Of a stretch of 64,000 nt of DNA, positions 30,272 through 40,885 are shown piece after piece (position 1 is the first letter of the stretch; each line of letters starts with the position of its first letter). This DNA is from Bdellovibrionales bacterium RIFOXYD12_FULL_39_22. Lineage in GTDB: Bacteria > Bdellovibrionota > Bacteriovoracia > Bacteriovoracales > Bacteriovoracaceae. Both the position numbers and the translations under genes were made by a program. The DNA lies in assembly GCA_001770205.1 (NCBI GenBank), contig MEQL01000039.1, forward strand, positions 74,787-138,786, read 5' to 3'. The notes under the pieces were generated by a model. The model saw only the letters and a list, made by a program, of their open reading frames with translations, did not search any database and had not been told where the DNA came from.

Positions 30272-31288
30272 TTATTTCACTTGAATGGACTTAATTGATT
30301 TTTCAACCTTGCCAATCATCTCTTTTGGCAGTGGAGCATAAAATAATTCTTCTGCATATTTTTGGCCATCACTAATGGCCCACTCTAAAAATTTCACCAA
30401 CGTTTTACCTTTTGCTCCTTCCATTTTGGGATGGACTAAAAGGTAAGTGAAACCGCTGATAGGATAAGCATCTTTGCTTTCGGCGTCAGTGATAGAAATC
30501 CTAAAATCTTCTGGCATTGTTTTCAATGATGCGGCCGCCGCAGCAGAAACAGATTTCATAGAAGGGTCCACAAAAATTCCGGCCTTGTTCTTAATTGTAG
30601 CGTATGGGAGCTTATTATTTTCAGCATAAATAAGCTCTACGTAACCAATGCTACCTGGAGTTTGTTTTACAAGTCCCGTAACACCCTCATTCCCCTTGCC
30701 ACCAAGTCCTGCTGGCCAATTAACCGCCGTGCCATGTCCAACTTTTTCTTTCCAACTTGCACTGACTTTTACAAGATAATCTGTAAAAATCCCAGTGGTG
30801 CCACTTCCATCAGAGCGATGTGCTACCATAATAGCAAGATCTGGAAGCTTTAATCCTGGATTGATTTCTAAAATTTTTGGATCATTCCACTTTGTTATTT
30901 TACCTAAAAAAATATCCGCAACAATTGATCCTGTTAATTTTAATCCGGTGGCAACACCTTTCAAGTTATAGGTGACAACCACCGCCCCCATCACTGTTGG
31001 AATATGTAGGGCGGAAACTTTTGCATTTTGCTCGTCGGTCATAGGAGCGTCTGTAGCACCAAAGTCAATAGTGCCTTCTGCGAACTGTCGAATTCCGCCG
31101 CCACTTCCGATAGATTGATAGTCAATTTGGGCATCGGGATGTATTTTTTGAAACTCTGAAAACCATTTTGAATAGATAGGATAAGGGAAGGTAGCGCCAG
31201 CTCCAGTTATTGAAACATTTTTTGCCCAAGCACTGACAACCATCAGCGACATCACCATTAGAATTGTTAAAGTCAAATTCCTAAACAT
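30272..31288 (-). CDS. pstS: phosphate-binding protein PstS
   Basis: GAGATFP, GSGGG, HRSDGSGTT, GKGNEGV. Confidence 0.97.
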   Translation of the reverse strand: MFRNLTLTILMVMSLMVVSAWAKNVSITGAGATFPYPIYSKWFSEFQKIHPDAQIDYQSIGSGGGIRQFAEGTIDFGATDAPMTDEQNAKVSALHIPTVMGAVVVTYNLKGVATGLKLTGSIVADIFLGKITKWNDPKILEINPGLKLPDLAIMVAHRSDGSGTTGIFTDYLVKVSASWKEKVGHGTAVNWPAGLGGKGNEGVTGLVKQTPGSIGYVELIYAENNKLPYATIKNKAGIFVDPSMKSVSAAAAASLKTMPEDFRISITDAESKDAYPISGFTYLLVHPKMEGAKGKTLVKFLEWAISDGQKYAEELFYAPLPKEMIGKVEKSIKSIQVK

Positions 31289-31343
31289 TATTGTCCTCCT
31301 TGTTAGGTTTCTTGTTCATAATGACAGTTTTTAGCAGTGCTTG

Positions 31344-31383
31344 GTCATGGATTTATCAGAGTTTTGTTAGGATTTGATTAGGA
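31344..31383 (-). promoter_or_regulatory. Pho-box-like array upstream of pstS
   Basis: 7-mers at 11-bp pitch on the minus strand: TCCTAAT, TCCTAAC, CTCTGAT, CCATGAC, with A-rich 4-nt spacers. Confidence 0.55.
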
Positions 31384-31456
31384 TATTGGTATTTGAAACG
31401 GGTATGCTACCCTTTATAAAACCTATATACCTAATAGACAATTCTTTACCCGAAGA

Positions 31457-32161
31457 TTATTTTTCGTAATACAATGTTTTATCTAATGACCAGCGATCGA
31501 CAGTAAAATTTTGCGCCTCAATAGTGTACTGCTCAATTTTATGATCAAGTTCGGTGAGTTGCCGTTGGAATTCTTCATATTTTTTAAATGATGCTACCCG
31601 ATCTTCTTCAAGCAATGTTAATTCAGCACGCCATTCCTGTCGCATTTTTTCCTGCAGTATCTGATAGCGGCCATTAACGACATTTACCTTTTCCATATGA
31701 GCATGTAGGGCCGTTCTATATTCGGACGCCAGGCCATTTATGGCCTGCCGCTTTTTATGCAAAAGTTCCAAAAGTTCTCTGCCAACACGAAGGTTTTCTA
31801 CTAGATCGTCACTATAAAAATGTAAGTATGATCCAATGGCCAAGTTTATTGTACCAAGACAGGAGCGAAAATCTGGAACTTTTACCATAATATAATTATG
31901 AGTTTTCCCCACAACTGTTCCTTTGCAACGGATATTAGGATTTTGTTCATTAAAAACTTCTATCCGATTTTTCTTATTAATATACTTCATATTGGAAGCA
32001 GTTATTTTGGCACGAAAAAGTCCAGCGGCCTGGTTAATTTTGACTATATGGCCAGAAAAAATCGCATCTTTATGCCTAGAAATATCTGTGGCAGCATGTA
32101 TCTCGATATTTGTTAAAAGCAAAAAAAATATAAAACTGATAAATAATTGATTGCGCCGCAT
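31457..32161 (-). CDS. secreted hypothetical protein with C-terminal coiled coil
   Basis: Signal peptide ending IHA; beta-rich N-half with two Cys; helical C-half. Confidence 0.7.
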   Translation of the reverse strand: MRRNQLFISFIFFLLLTNIEIHAATDISRHKDAIFSGHIVKINQAAGLFRAKITASNMKYINKKNRIEVFNEQNPNIRCKGTVVGKTHNYIMVKVPDFRSCLGTINLAIGSYLHFYSDDLVENLRVGRELLELLHKKRQAINGLASEYRTALHAHMEKVNVVNGRYQILQEKMRQEWRAELTLLEEDRVASFKKYEEFQRQLTELDHKIEQYTIEAQNFTVDRWSLDKTLYYEK

Positions 32162-32210
32162 ATACCTTACTATTATCCACCGGCCAGGTTATTTATAAAA
32201 GTGAGTAAAT

Positions 32211-33137
32211 TTATCCTGTGGCACTTGCCCCTTTACCGATTCCTTCAAAACCTTTAACGATTAACCTATCTTTTTGCTTAAGATTTTTTTTAAGTATTAT
32301 AGCAAAATTTGTCGTTAAATTTTCAATAGTAGTCTCATTGCCAAAAAGAGCAACGGCAAATCCTGGTAACTTTAATTCAAAATGGCCCTGCGAACCATCA
32401 TATTGCAAATGCACAATCTTGATTTTCTCCAACACTATTCCCGAAGCAGAGATGGCCTCTGGATACGCACTCAGAATCTCTTGCTTATTAACAATATTAT
32501 CCCATAGGGCAAAATGAATATTTGATTTAAACCGTTTTTTCGATAATTGCGCGGCCAACTTGGAATTTTTCCGGCCATTAGTAAATACTTTTATTAAGCT
32601 GCGATGGCCGTGCAATAACCGCTGACAGTTTCCATAGTGGTTTTTTAATCCGTGAGTATAACATAAAAAATGCTCTCCACGTTTACCCTCTTCTTCTCGC
32701 AATGTCACACGTACGCTCCTAACATTGGTGGGCATTTGAGGCAGAATAATTTTTTCTAGAAAACTTTTTATGGATTTATTAGAAACATGTTTAGCATCGA
32801 TCTTACAAAAAGCAGAGGTCGGGGCCCAATATTCCAAATATCCCTTGGCCCCATTTAGCTTATAGTGCAAATGTAGCTGGCCGGTAGGAGACTCTTTCAT
32901 CATTATTTGCTTTGTTATTACCAAACTATGATCAATCGTCTGATCAATGATTTTTTTTATTTCGCGTTTGGCATTGGAGAAATCAAAAATAATTCCCTCC
33001 TTTGCTTCTCCAATCAACTCAACATCAACGGCCAAGGAATTTCCTATGACCGCCATTTTTCTATCCAAATAGGCATAATCAATCATCGTTAGATTTTGAT
33101 AAAAAAGAGAAATCTGCGTTGATAAATTAGCGAGCAT
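32211..33137 (-). CDS. 6-pyruvoyl-tetrahydropterin synthase / QueD-like two-domain protein
   Basis: DFSNAKREIK..IDH, THGLKNHYGNCQRLLHGH, ETTIENL, FEGIGKGA. Confidence 0.8.
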   Translation of the reverse strand: MLANLSTQISLFYQNLTMIDYAYLDRKMAVIGNSLAVDVELIGEAKEGIIFDFSNAKREIKKIIDQTIDHSLVITKQIMMKESPTGQLHLHYKLNGAKGYLEYWAPTSAFCKIDAKHVSNKSIKSFLEKIILPQMPTNVRSVRVTLREEEGKRGEHFLCYTHGLKNHYGNCQRLLHGHRSLIKVFTNGRKNSKLAAQLSKKRFKSNIHFALWDNIVNKQEILSAYPEAISASGIVLEKIKIVHLQYDGSQGHFELKLPGFAVALFGNETTIENLTTNFAIILKKNLKQKDRLIVKGFEGIGKGASATG

Positions 33138-33138
33138 C

Positions 33139-33612
33139 TTATTTTAAGAATACGCCATCTTGAGGTAAATGGCCACGTCTTCCGCCTGGCCACTGATTCT
33201 GCGCTCCATGACTGTTTTGATAAGCTTCTACTATATTCCTACAAATAACACCCGCTCCAATGGGAAGTTGATAATAGTTGTAGTGGCCACTTTTTTTCTG
33301 GCCATGCATATAAATATCTTCCAGAAATGAACTAACTTCAAATAATTTTGCCCGACGGCCTTTTATTATGGAGTAAAGAATCTTATGTTTAATTTCATTA
33401 TATTTTTCGAGCGAACTCATATCAGGAATAATTGCCAAAATAATGACATCTGGTTCACGCAAAAGCGCCCGCAATCCGTCACTATGTATTGGGATTAAAA
33501 AAATATTCTGCCGATTTAAGATTCTGTTAAATTCAAAAAAATCCTTAACCAGATTATTTGAAAGCTGAAGATAAAATATATATTGCGGTTTATCCGTTTC
33601 CATCGTTTCCAT
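33139..33612 (-). CDS. hypothetical protein
   Basis: 157-aa alpha/beta ORF ending WPGGRRGHLP; 1 nt upstream of the queD-like gene. Confidence 0.65.
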   Translation of the reverse strand: METMETDKPQYIFYLQLSNNLVKDFFEFNRILNRQNIFLIPIHSDGLRALLREPDVIILAIIPDMSSLEKYNEIKHKILYSIIKGRRAKLFEVSSFLEDIYMHGQKKSGHYNYYQLPIGAGVICRNIVEAYQNSHGAQNQWPGGRRGHLPQDGVFLK

Positions 33613-33620
33613 TACTTAAA

Positions 33621-33648
33621 CTATCGTAAATTTATAAGCAAAACTTTA
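33621..33648 (-). promoter_or_regulatory. sigma-28-like promoter
   Basis: TAAAGTTT-N12-TACGATAG on the minus strand. Confidence 0.5.
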
Positions 33649-33696
33649 ATTACCAAAAGTTCAAAAAAAGAAAAAAAAGGAAATGGAAATATCTGC

Positions 33697-36600
33697 CTAT
33701 TTGGCCGGAAATTTATATTCACGAGCAAAGTCATCAAAGAATTTTTGTCTAAACTCTTTAAACTTTATATATTCCTCATTATTTCTAAAAAGTTCATTAA
33801 ACTGAAGATCAATTCTTGCCTCTGCCTCGCGCAATTTAGCAATACCTTCTTCCTCAAACTCTGGATTAATCTGCATTCGTAATTCACCTAATTCTTTAAT
33901 CAATCCAGACTCTAAAGTTATAAATGTAACAATTATATCATCGCTAGAATCTAAGTCATTAACGATAAACTTATTAAGTTCAACCACCCAGCGATTTTGA
34001 TAAGCTTCATCAGTCATGATGGCAATAAAATTTTCAGTGTACAAAACATTATCAGTGTAACTTTCTTTATAGTTTGAAGTTTGCTTCGGATTGAATTTTG
34101 GACGATTTGCCTGTGTCTCATTAAATTGCTCTAACATAATATCATTAGCAGTCTTTCCCTGTTTAAACCAAGACGACAACTCACTATTTAAGGTCGGGTA
34201 AAAACTTGGAAAAATAAAATTGATCAAAATTAGTAATACTGGAACTGCCAAAGCAATTCCTACACGTTTCCAATATTTCTTCATCCGTTCAGCGGTTTCG
34301 GGATTATAGGCCACTGCCTGCTTAGTCTGGCGATCAACATCTGGATTTTCTCCCCCCAAAACAGATCTAACAATATCTTTAACCTCAGAGGATAATGCTT
34401 CGATATATTTCTCTTTATTGCTTTGGCCCAACATTTCACGAAATCGAGCATTGATAACTTTCGATAACGCCAAAGAAATACTCTCCACCTCATCTTTGCG
34501 TCGCCGTTGGATTTTTTTCTCCATTTGCTCTTCTTTTTCCCGCAAATCACCTAATCGCTTAACACTTTCTTCATTGAATCGCTGATCCTCCAAGCGTTTA
34601 CGATCACGATATTCTTGCTCGCCTCGCTCAATAACTTTCTTTGCAACTTCCTTAGCATCATTTATAATTTTTTGTGCTTCCACCTGCAAGCTCTCTAGTG
34701 TGCCAATTTTAGAAGTAGACGCCTTCAAAACTATTTCGTGAGCATCTTTTTTTGCCGCACTAATTATCTCGTTGGCGGCCGCCTGTCCCTTTTCAATTTC
34801 TTGTTTTTTTATTATTTCAATTTTCTCAAGGGCCAATGTTTTTTGATTTTCAAAAGAAGTAATCTCTGATTGTAGCAAGGCCTTTTTTTCTTCCAGTTTC
34901 AAAACTTCTGCCTCAACAATCCTTTTATTATCTCGTGCCAGTATAACGCCCTTGGCATCTGGCGATAGTTCCTGTAAGGAGGCAATAAGTTCTTCTTTTT
35001 GTTTCTTATTGTTTTCAAGCGCTCGCGACTGCATTTGTTGCATGTTATTTATAATATTTTGTAACGTTTGATATTCGCTCTTTAAGTCATTAACATCCAA
35101 CAGACAACGATCTTTTTCTTCGTTTGCTCGTTTTTTTTCCTCACGCATTAAATCCAATTCTTTCTGATGTTCCAATCGCTGCTCTTCTATATTTTTTAGT
35201 TCAAGCTGTAGGCCACGAAGAGCATCTCCTTTTTGTGTTTCAATTTCCTCAATGTTTTTTTTCTTTATTATCGATAATCTATTAATCTCTTCATTTAATC
35301 TGGCCCGCAACTCTTCTTGTTCTGTTATTTCTTTTTGCAGTTTATTGGCCTCTGCGGCCTTGCCTTCATTCTGCAAAGATAATTCCTCATACTGTTTTGC
35401 CTTAATTGCCCACTGCTGCTTTAGCTGGTTATATTCTATATTTTTTCCACTCTGTTCAACTATAAGATCATTGATTTCTTTTTGCAGCGTACTTTTCTGT
35501 TCTGCCAAGGAGTTAATTTGCGTATCGATGGCCATCATCTTCAGCTTTGCCTCGGCCTCATAGGAACTTGTTTCTGCATCAATCTTTCGATATTCTACTT
35601 CTTGGTTTTTATTTTTTTCTGCAACATCTTGTTCCAAACGCTGCAATTCTTTTTTCTTATTACTCAATGATTCCATCAACAAATGTAATTCTGCATCATT
35701 TTTATCTTTTTTCTTTTCAACTTCATGTGCCGCACTTTCGGCACGTTCAACCTCTTTTAGCAATATGCCGTTTCTTTTCTCATAATCAACATTAGACTTA
35801 CGCAATGCTGTTTCCGCACTTCGAAGATTTTCTAGGCGTAAGGACGTTTCTGCTATTTCTTGTTCCAATATATTTCTCTTTTTTTCGGAAATTAAAAGAA
35901 CGTTATTTATCTCCAACAGATTACTCTTTTGTGTCTCCAATTCTAAGTTAAGTCTAGTTGCCAATAATCTTTTCTCCGCCACTACTGACTCATATTCTCC
36001 ATTTTTAATTCGAAGTTTTGACTCAAATTCTTCCCAGGCCAAAGAAAAATTTTTCTCTTTATTGGCCATATCTTTACTGGCAAGCTCCAAGCGCGCTTGC
36101 AATTCAGACAATTCACTTTTCTTCTGAGTCAAAGCACTATCTATTTCTTGGAGTGCTTTTTTATTTGCGGCCAAATTTTCTGTTTTACTTGTTAGTTCTC
36201 GGGATAATTGCGCAAACTCTTCCTGGGCATCTTTAAGAATTTTTTCACTATCGCTTATGGCCAATTTGTTCAGATTTTCAGCTTCTTGCTGTGCACGTAG
36301 TACAATTTCCTGCGCCTCGGCCATCTTGCCTTTACGCAATTCCTCGATAGATTGCTCTAATTCATTTTTTTGTTTTTCTAATTCCTGTTTTTTGTCCTCA
36401 AGGTCACTATTATTACTAACCAATTTTAGTGCTCGCTCTTTTGCCTCTCGCTTGGCCACATCTCCTTCGCCATCCACTATTTCAATTGTAACTACTTCTT
36501 TTCCATTCCCTAGTTTTATTGGCACATTCTGACGATACTTATTCGGCTCATTCGGCCTAATTCTTTTTCCATCAACAAAAGTTCCATTTGCTGAATTATT

Positions 36601-36777
36601 ATCCACCAGCCAAATATCATTTCCTTTTTTTGTCACATGTAAATGTTCCCGACTTATCCCATCAAAGGCCAATGACAAGTCGGCATCCTTGGAGCGGCCA
36701 ATAACAATCTTGTCTTTTTCCAAAGACTCCGACTGTACCCCGTCTTGAGAATAGATTTGTATTTTAAATGCGGACAA
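33697..36777 (-). CDS. FHA domain - long coiled coil - TM - periplasmic domain protein
   Basis: IGRS..SREH..SANGT FHA motifs; about 700 aa of heptad repeats; TM (VGIALAVPVLLILINFIF); TTG start after GAGGGG. Confidence 0.88.
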   Translation of the reverse strand: MSAFKIQIYSQDGVQSESLEKDKIVIGRSKDADLSLAFDGISREHLHVTKKGNDIWLVDNNSANGTFVDGKRIRPNEPNKYRQNVPIKLGNGKEVVTIEIVDGEGDVAKREAKERALKLVSNNSDLEDKKQELEKQKNELEQSIEELRKGKMAEAQEIVLRAQQEAENLNKLAISDSEKILKDAQEEFAQLSRELTSKTENLAANKKALQEIDSALTQKKSELSELQARLELASKDMANKEKNFSLAWEEFESKLRIKNGEYESVVAEKRLLATRLNLELETQKSNLLEINNVLLISEKKRNILEQEIAETSLRLENLRSAETALRKSNVDYEKRNGILLKEVERAESAAHEVEKKKDKNDAELHLLMESLSNKKKELQRLEQDVAEKNKNQEVEYRKIDAETSSYEAEAKLKMMAIDTQINSLAEQKSTLQKEINDLIVEQSGKNIEYNQLKQQWAIKAKQYEELSLQNEGKAAEANKLQKEITEQEELRARLNEEINRLSIIKKKNIEEIETQKGDALRGLQLELKNIEEQRLEHQKELDLMREEKKRANEEKDRCLLDVNDLKSEYQTLQNIINNMQQMQSRALENNKKQKEELIASLQELSPDAKGVILARDNKRIVEAEVLKLEEKKALLQSEITSFENQKTLALEKIEIIKKQEIEKGQAAANEIISAAKKDAHEIVLKASTSKIGTLESLQVEAQKIINDAKEVAKKVIERGEQEYRDRKRLEDQRFNEESVKRLGDLREKEEQMEKKIQRRRKDEVESISLALSKVINARFREMLGQSNKEKYIEALSSEVKDIVRSVLGGENPDVDRQTKQAVAYNPETAERMKKYWKRVGIALAVPVLLILINFIFPSFYPTLNSELSSWFKQGKTANDIMLEQFNETQANRPKFNPKQTSNYKESYTDNVLYTENFIAIMTDEAYQNRWVVELNKFIVNDLDSSDDIIVTFITLESGLIKELGELRMQINPEFEEEGIAKLREAEARIDLQFNELFRNNEEYIKFKEFRQKFFDDFAREYKFPAK

Positions 36778-36803
36778 AAAAAATCCCCTCCCGTAATACT
36801 ATC

Positions 36804-38621
36804 TCATGCTGCCTTGTTTTTCTTTTCTCGTAATTTCTCCAACTCTACTTTTATTCTGTCTTTATTTGCACTCTTTTCATCTTGCGAAGAAGGCAATTCA
36901 AAAATCTCTGCATTTGCAGCGGGATCGGTATTATTTTCAAGATTATTCTCTACCGATACTTCTTTAAAGCTAGATTCTACCTGTATCATATCTAGTTTCG
37001 TGCGATCCTCTGCAATTAAGCGTAAACGCAACTCATGTTCTTCTATTTCACCTTGAATTTGCTCTTTTCTATTGGCAAATTCTCGATTCATCTGCTCCCA
37101 ATCTCTTCGACCTTTTTCAATGGCCGCTTTTATATCACTTAGTTTCTTATCATGATCATTCCGCGTATTAACAAACATTGATTCTTCAATTTTTGTCTGA
37201 TCAACTACTTTTTTAAGATGCAAAACTAGCTTTTCTTTTTCATCCACCAATACCTTGCGCTCTTTTTTAGCTAGGGCAATTTGCTCTTTTAGTTCCTGCA
37301 TATCTGCGGCCTTACTGCTTATATCCGAAAGCAGGCGATGTAGCGTTGCCAAATCATCTTTAATAATGGCCTTTAAATCGCTCACATCCTTAGCAAAAAT
37401 GTTTTTCCGTTCCTCTAATGACTTAATCTCAATCAATATGGTGTCTTTTGTTACCGAGAGCTTTTTTATTTCTCCCTCTGCCTGCGATTTGGTCAGCTGA
37501 ATTTGCCCATCAAACTCCTTACTCAGAGCATCCAATCGTTTTGTTTCATTCCCCGCATTGGCCACTATCTCATCATATTGCATTTTTAATTTCTGAAGCT
37601 GCTCTTGAACACGAGATATCTCATCATCGATTTGTTTAAGCGCTTCCTGTTTTTCAATCAATTTATGGCCCAAGATTTGTTCACTTTCTTTTAACTCTTG
37701 CACCGTAGCAGTATGTTTAGAAATATTTTCTAGTAATTCATTATTTGCCGAAGATAATTTTTCAAAAGTGGCCATCAGGCCATCTCTTTCCTTATGAGCT
37801 ACTTTTAAATTTTTTTCGGCCTCAAACTTGGCCATTGCCAAAATTTCTTCGGCCTCTTTTTGTGCCGCTAATTTTATTTCTCTGCCCGCTTGTTGTGCTT
37901 TTACTTCTGTCTCTATCGCACTCTTTTGTGCCATTTCTTTAATTTTTTTAATTTCGCCACTATTATCATTTGTATAGTTATTGCGTCCTTCCGCATTACT
38001 ACTAGTGGCCTTTGCCTCTGAGGGGCGAGCACTTGTTGCATCTGGAACATCTGGAACGTCTGGAATAGACCTTGGCGTGGATGCTGGAATTACCTCTTCT
38101 TTTACTTCTATTGGTAAGGAATACTCTGAAATAGTTTCATGAGAAAGAGAGATCACAGAAGTTGGTGCTAAATCAACCTCCTCAACATCTTCTTCTTTGT
38201 CTTCACTTAAAGAGAATTTCTCCAGCGGGATATCTCCGCTATTTTTAATTTCTTCTTCCAACGAAAGAACTTTTTTGATTTCATGTCTCTTAAAGAATAT
38301 ATCTGACTCTAACAAAATATATTCCTGTGAACTACCTAAAAATATTTTTTGAGCAGGTGAATATTCTACCGGCTCTCCTGGTGGCAGTGGAGTATCGTCT
38401 AACAGCGTACCATTTGATGACTTATCTATTATAAAAACTTTATTATCTTTTTCAAAAATTTCTAAGTGTATACGGCTAGCGCCAGTGATTGAGCAAACAA
38501 TATTTGCCTGACGAGAACGGCCAATGGTAAAATTGTTGGATTCAATCTCCTCGATTTTAACTCCGGCCTGCAAATGGACTAGCACTGTGAACTTGGCCAA
38601 TTGACCTCCCAATAAGACCAT
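36804..38621 (-). CDS. FHA domain - coiled-coil protein
   Basis: IGRS..SRIH..SSNGT; acidic/Pro linker; coiled coil; true start may be TTG at 38600. Confidence 0.85.
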   Translation of the reverse strand: MVLLGGQLAKFTVLVHLQAGVKIEEIESNNFTIGRSRQANIVCSITGASRIHLEIFEKDNKVFIIDKSSNGTLLDDTPLPPGEPVEYSPAQKIFLGSSQEYILLESDIFFKRHEIKKVLSLEEEIKNSGDIPLEKFSLSEDKEEDVEEVDLAPTSVISLSHETISEYSLPIEVKEEVIPASTPRSIPDVPDVPDATSARPSEAKATSSNAEGRNNYTNDNSGEIKKIKEMAQKSAIETEVKAQQAGREIKLAAQKEAEEILAMAKFEAEKNLKVAHKERDGLMATFEKLSSANNELLENISKHTATVQELKESEQILGHKLIEKQEALKQIDDEISRVQEQLQKLKMQYDEIVANAGNETKRLDALSKEFDGQIQLTKSQAEGEIKKLSVTKDTILIEIKSLEERKNIFAKDVSDLKAIIKDDLATLHRLLSDISSKAADMQELKEQIALAKKERKVLVDEKEKLVLHLKKVVDQTKIEESMFVNTRNDHDKKLSDIKAAIEKGRRDWEQMNREFANRKEQIQGEIEEHELRLRLIAEDRTKLDMIQVESSFKEVSVENNLENNTDPAANAEIFELPSSQDEKSANKDRIKVELEKLREKKNKAA

Positions 38622-38644
38622 CAGTGGATATCTCCACTATCAAC

Positions 38645-38671
38645 CTATCGGAGCTCTTTACCTTTTCTATA
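38645..38671 (-). promoter_or_regulatory. sigma-28-like promoter
   Basis: TATA-N15-TCCGATAG on the minus strand. Confidence 0.5.
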
Positions 38672-38778
38672 GAATTTGCATAACCTTTCTACCTTTTTGA
38701 ACTATTTTTTTATATTTTTTAGTAGTTTTTAAAATTTTCGGGGAATTTTATGAGTAAATTGGTCAACCTTGTTTGCCT

Positions 38779-40683
38779 CTAACCAATTTTAGCGATCATA
38801 AAAGTTATATCATCAATTATAACTCTATTGTTGTGGAGATCTTCATATTCACGCTTGAGGCCATTTAAAATATTCATCACGCCTTTGCTTTCTGCAATTA
38901 GATCGCAATAATTTTTTAAAAAACTCATTTCTGTTTTTTGTCCAGAAACCTCAGAAACACCATCGGTGTAAAAGAGTAAAACATCTTCAGCAGACAACTG
39001 AATCGTGTGCTCGGAAAATTTAGTAGTGGTGGCCTCACCTAAGCGAGGAGAATTTACGTCATTAAGTGGAACTAAATCATTTGGTACAAATTTAAAATTG
39101 CCAAGATTGGCCTTAAGTGGAGGAATGTGGCCGGCATTGGCATAAGTCAGTGTTTTGGTATTTTTGTCAAAGGATCCTAGGAAAAAGGTCATTTGCATTT
39201 TTCCCTTTGTTGTTTGTACGATTGAGGCGTTTAGTAATTCCAAGGCCTTTTTCGGAGTAAAATCAGCAAGCTTTTCTATCAAGGTAACCGCTGATCTTGC
39301 GGCAGAAGTAATAAGTGCAGCAGGTAGGCCATGTCCGGTAGCATCTCCCACCCAAATTAAAACCTTATCGCCTTTTTGTGAATAGTGCCACCAATCTCCA
39401 CCACATTCTGAGGCAGAAAAACAGTGTCCAGCAATTTCCACATTAGAGAAGCGCACATAGGTTTCAGGAAAGAGCATCTGTTGTAAAATTTTGGCATCCT
39501 CTAGTTCTTTATGCATTCTCTTTTCGTTTTTTTGCCGCTCTTCTTCTAACTTTTCTTGTAGCAATATTTGTTCGGTAACATCTTTAACAATAATAGAAAA
39601 CTCTCCGGTGGCCTTAGCGACCAAAGGAGGAAGATGTGTTACTGAAAGTAATAAATCAATAGTCTCATTATGTTTGTTGATAAACTTTTGCGTATGAATC
39701 TGATTGGCAGATTGAGCATTCTGCAAAATATTTTGCCAACTACTGCGAATATTTTCGGGAAGTACTTTCTCGATAGATGCACCGAGGGCCTCTTGTTTAT
39801 CGTATTTAAATATACCCTCCGCGGCCTTATTCCAAGAAGTAATTGCTCCATTTTCGTCCAAGGTTAAAATTCCATCGTTGGCCCGCAACATCACGGAGGC
39901 CAAGCGTTTTTGATCGGCCTTGCTTTTTTCAAACAGATCAAGAAGTTTTTTTACTTGCAAAATACTACGTATCGTTGCGATAAACGCAATAACCAGTCCC
40001 GCAACAAGTAATCCTAAAATAATCATTCGTGATTGTGCTGAGGTTTTTTTTGATACCTCTAAATCGCTCCTGGCCGCCTCTGTAAAAATAGTATTCATTT
40101 TTACCAAAAAATCATTCATCGCATCACAATTTATCTTTATGTTATTTAAGCGATCAGCATCGATTTTTTTTTCTTTAATATAATCATTTATTTTTTGACG
40201 GAGAAGTGCCCAATAATTATTGAAGCGCTCCATTGCATCTCTTTCAGCTACAATCGAAGTATCAAAAGTTATCTGTGATAGATAAGAATTAATTTCTCCT
40301 AAAATTCTCGCAACATTGCTCTCTTCTTGTGACAATTCCTGATTTATTGTTTGATCTGCCTCTACAGAAAGTCCAGTTCCGGCCACCGTGTTGGCCAAAT
40401 CAGAAACAGTTTGCGCCTTATCAAGATAGCGATTAATTAATATTAGAGAGTCATATATTCGATTTATATCTTGTCCCATTTTTTGAGAGGCAACAACCGG
40501 CAGCATTCGATCTTCATACGTGGCAATTAATCTTAAATGCGAAGAAGTAGATAGATGATTGCCCACCAATCCCAAAAGAAGCATCGCAACCGTTAGTGAG
40601 GTAGAGAGAATTAATATTAAAAAAATTATCGACCGCTTCAACTTTTTTTCGTCTATTTCTTGCGATATTTTAATATCCACCAT
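38779..40683 (-). CDS. membrane sensor PP2C (SpoIIE-family) phosphatase with four-helix sensor and PAS
   Basis: Two TMs; WNKAAEGIFKY PAS; GGDWW, GDATGHG, YANAGH, YTDG and DDIT motifs. Confidence 0.92.
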   Translation of the reverse strand: MVDIKISQEIDEKKLKRSIIFLILILSTSLTVAMLLLGLVGNHLSTSSHLRLIATYEDRMLPVVASQKMGQDINRIYDSLILINRYLDKAQTVSDLANTVAGTGLSVEADQTINQELSQEESNVARILGEINSYLSQITFDTSIVAERDAMERFNNYWALLRQKINDYIKEKKIDADRLNNIKINCDAMNDFLVKMNTIFTEAARSDLEVSKKTSAQSRMIILGLLVAGLVIAFIATIRSILQVKKLLDLFEKSKADQKRLASVMLRANDGILTLDENGAITSWNKAAEGIFKYDKQEALGASIEKVLPENIRSSWQNILQNAQSANQIHTQKFINKHNETIDLLLSVTHLPPLVAKATGEFSIIVKDVTEQILLQEKLEEERQKNEKRMHKELEDAKILQQMLFPETYVRFSNVEIAGHCFSASECGGDWWHYSQKGDKVLIWVGDATGHGLPAALITSAARSAVTLIEKLADFTPKKALELLNASIVQTTKGKMQMTFFLGSFDKNTKTLTYANAGHIPPLKANLGNFKFVPNDLVPLNDVNSPRLGEATTTKFSEHTIQLSAEDVLLFYTDGVSEVSGQKTEMSFLKNYCDLIAESKGVMNILNGLKREYEDLHNNRVIIDDITFMIAKIG

Positions 40684-40885
40684 CTGGCCAGCTCCCTATT
40701 TATTGGGCCCATTATAATTAGTGATAGCTATATGCAAGTAGAGCATAACACAATCAACTTGTTGATCTGACAACTTGATACTTTCTGCCCACTACAATGT
40801 AGGCCCAAAATAACTGATAATAATCTATGATGAGGCATTGGTGCGCTCATTTAAAAAGCTTTTTTGTCTTCTATCGGGTACAAAA

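Noticed and set aside
24608..31288. pst/pho operon as part of the tRNA island
   Set aside because: Lies outside the direct repeats; phoR has host-like GGCC density; no distal att copy seen
38038..38069. 9-bp tandem repeat (PDVPDVPDA) in the FHA protein linker
   Set aside because: Three in-frame copies in a disordered linker; unremarkable
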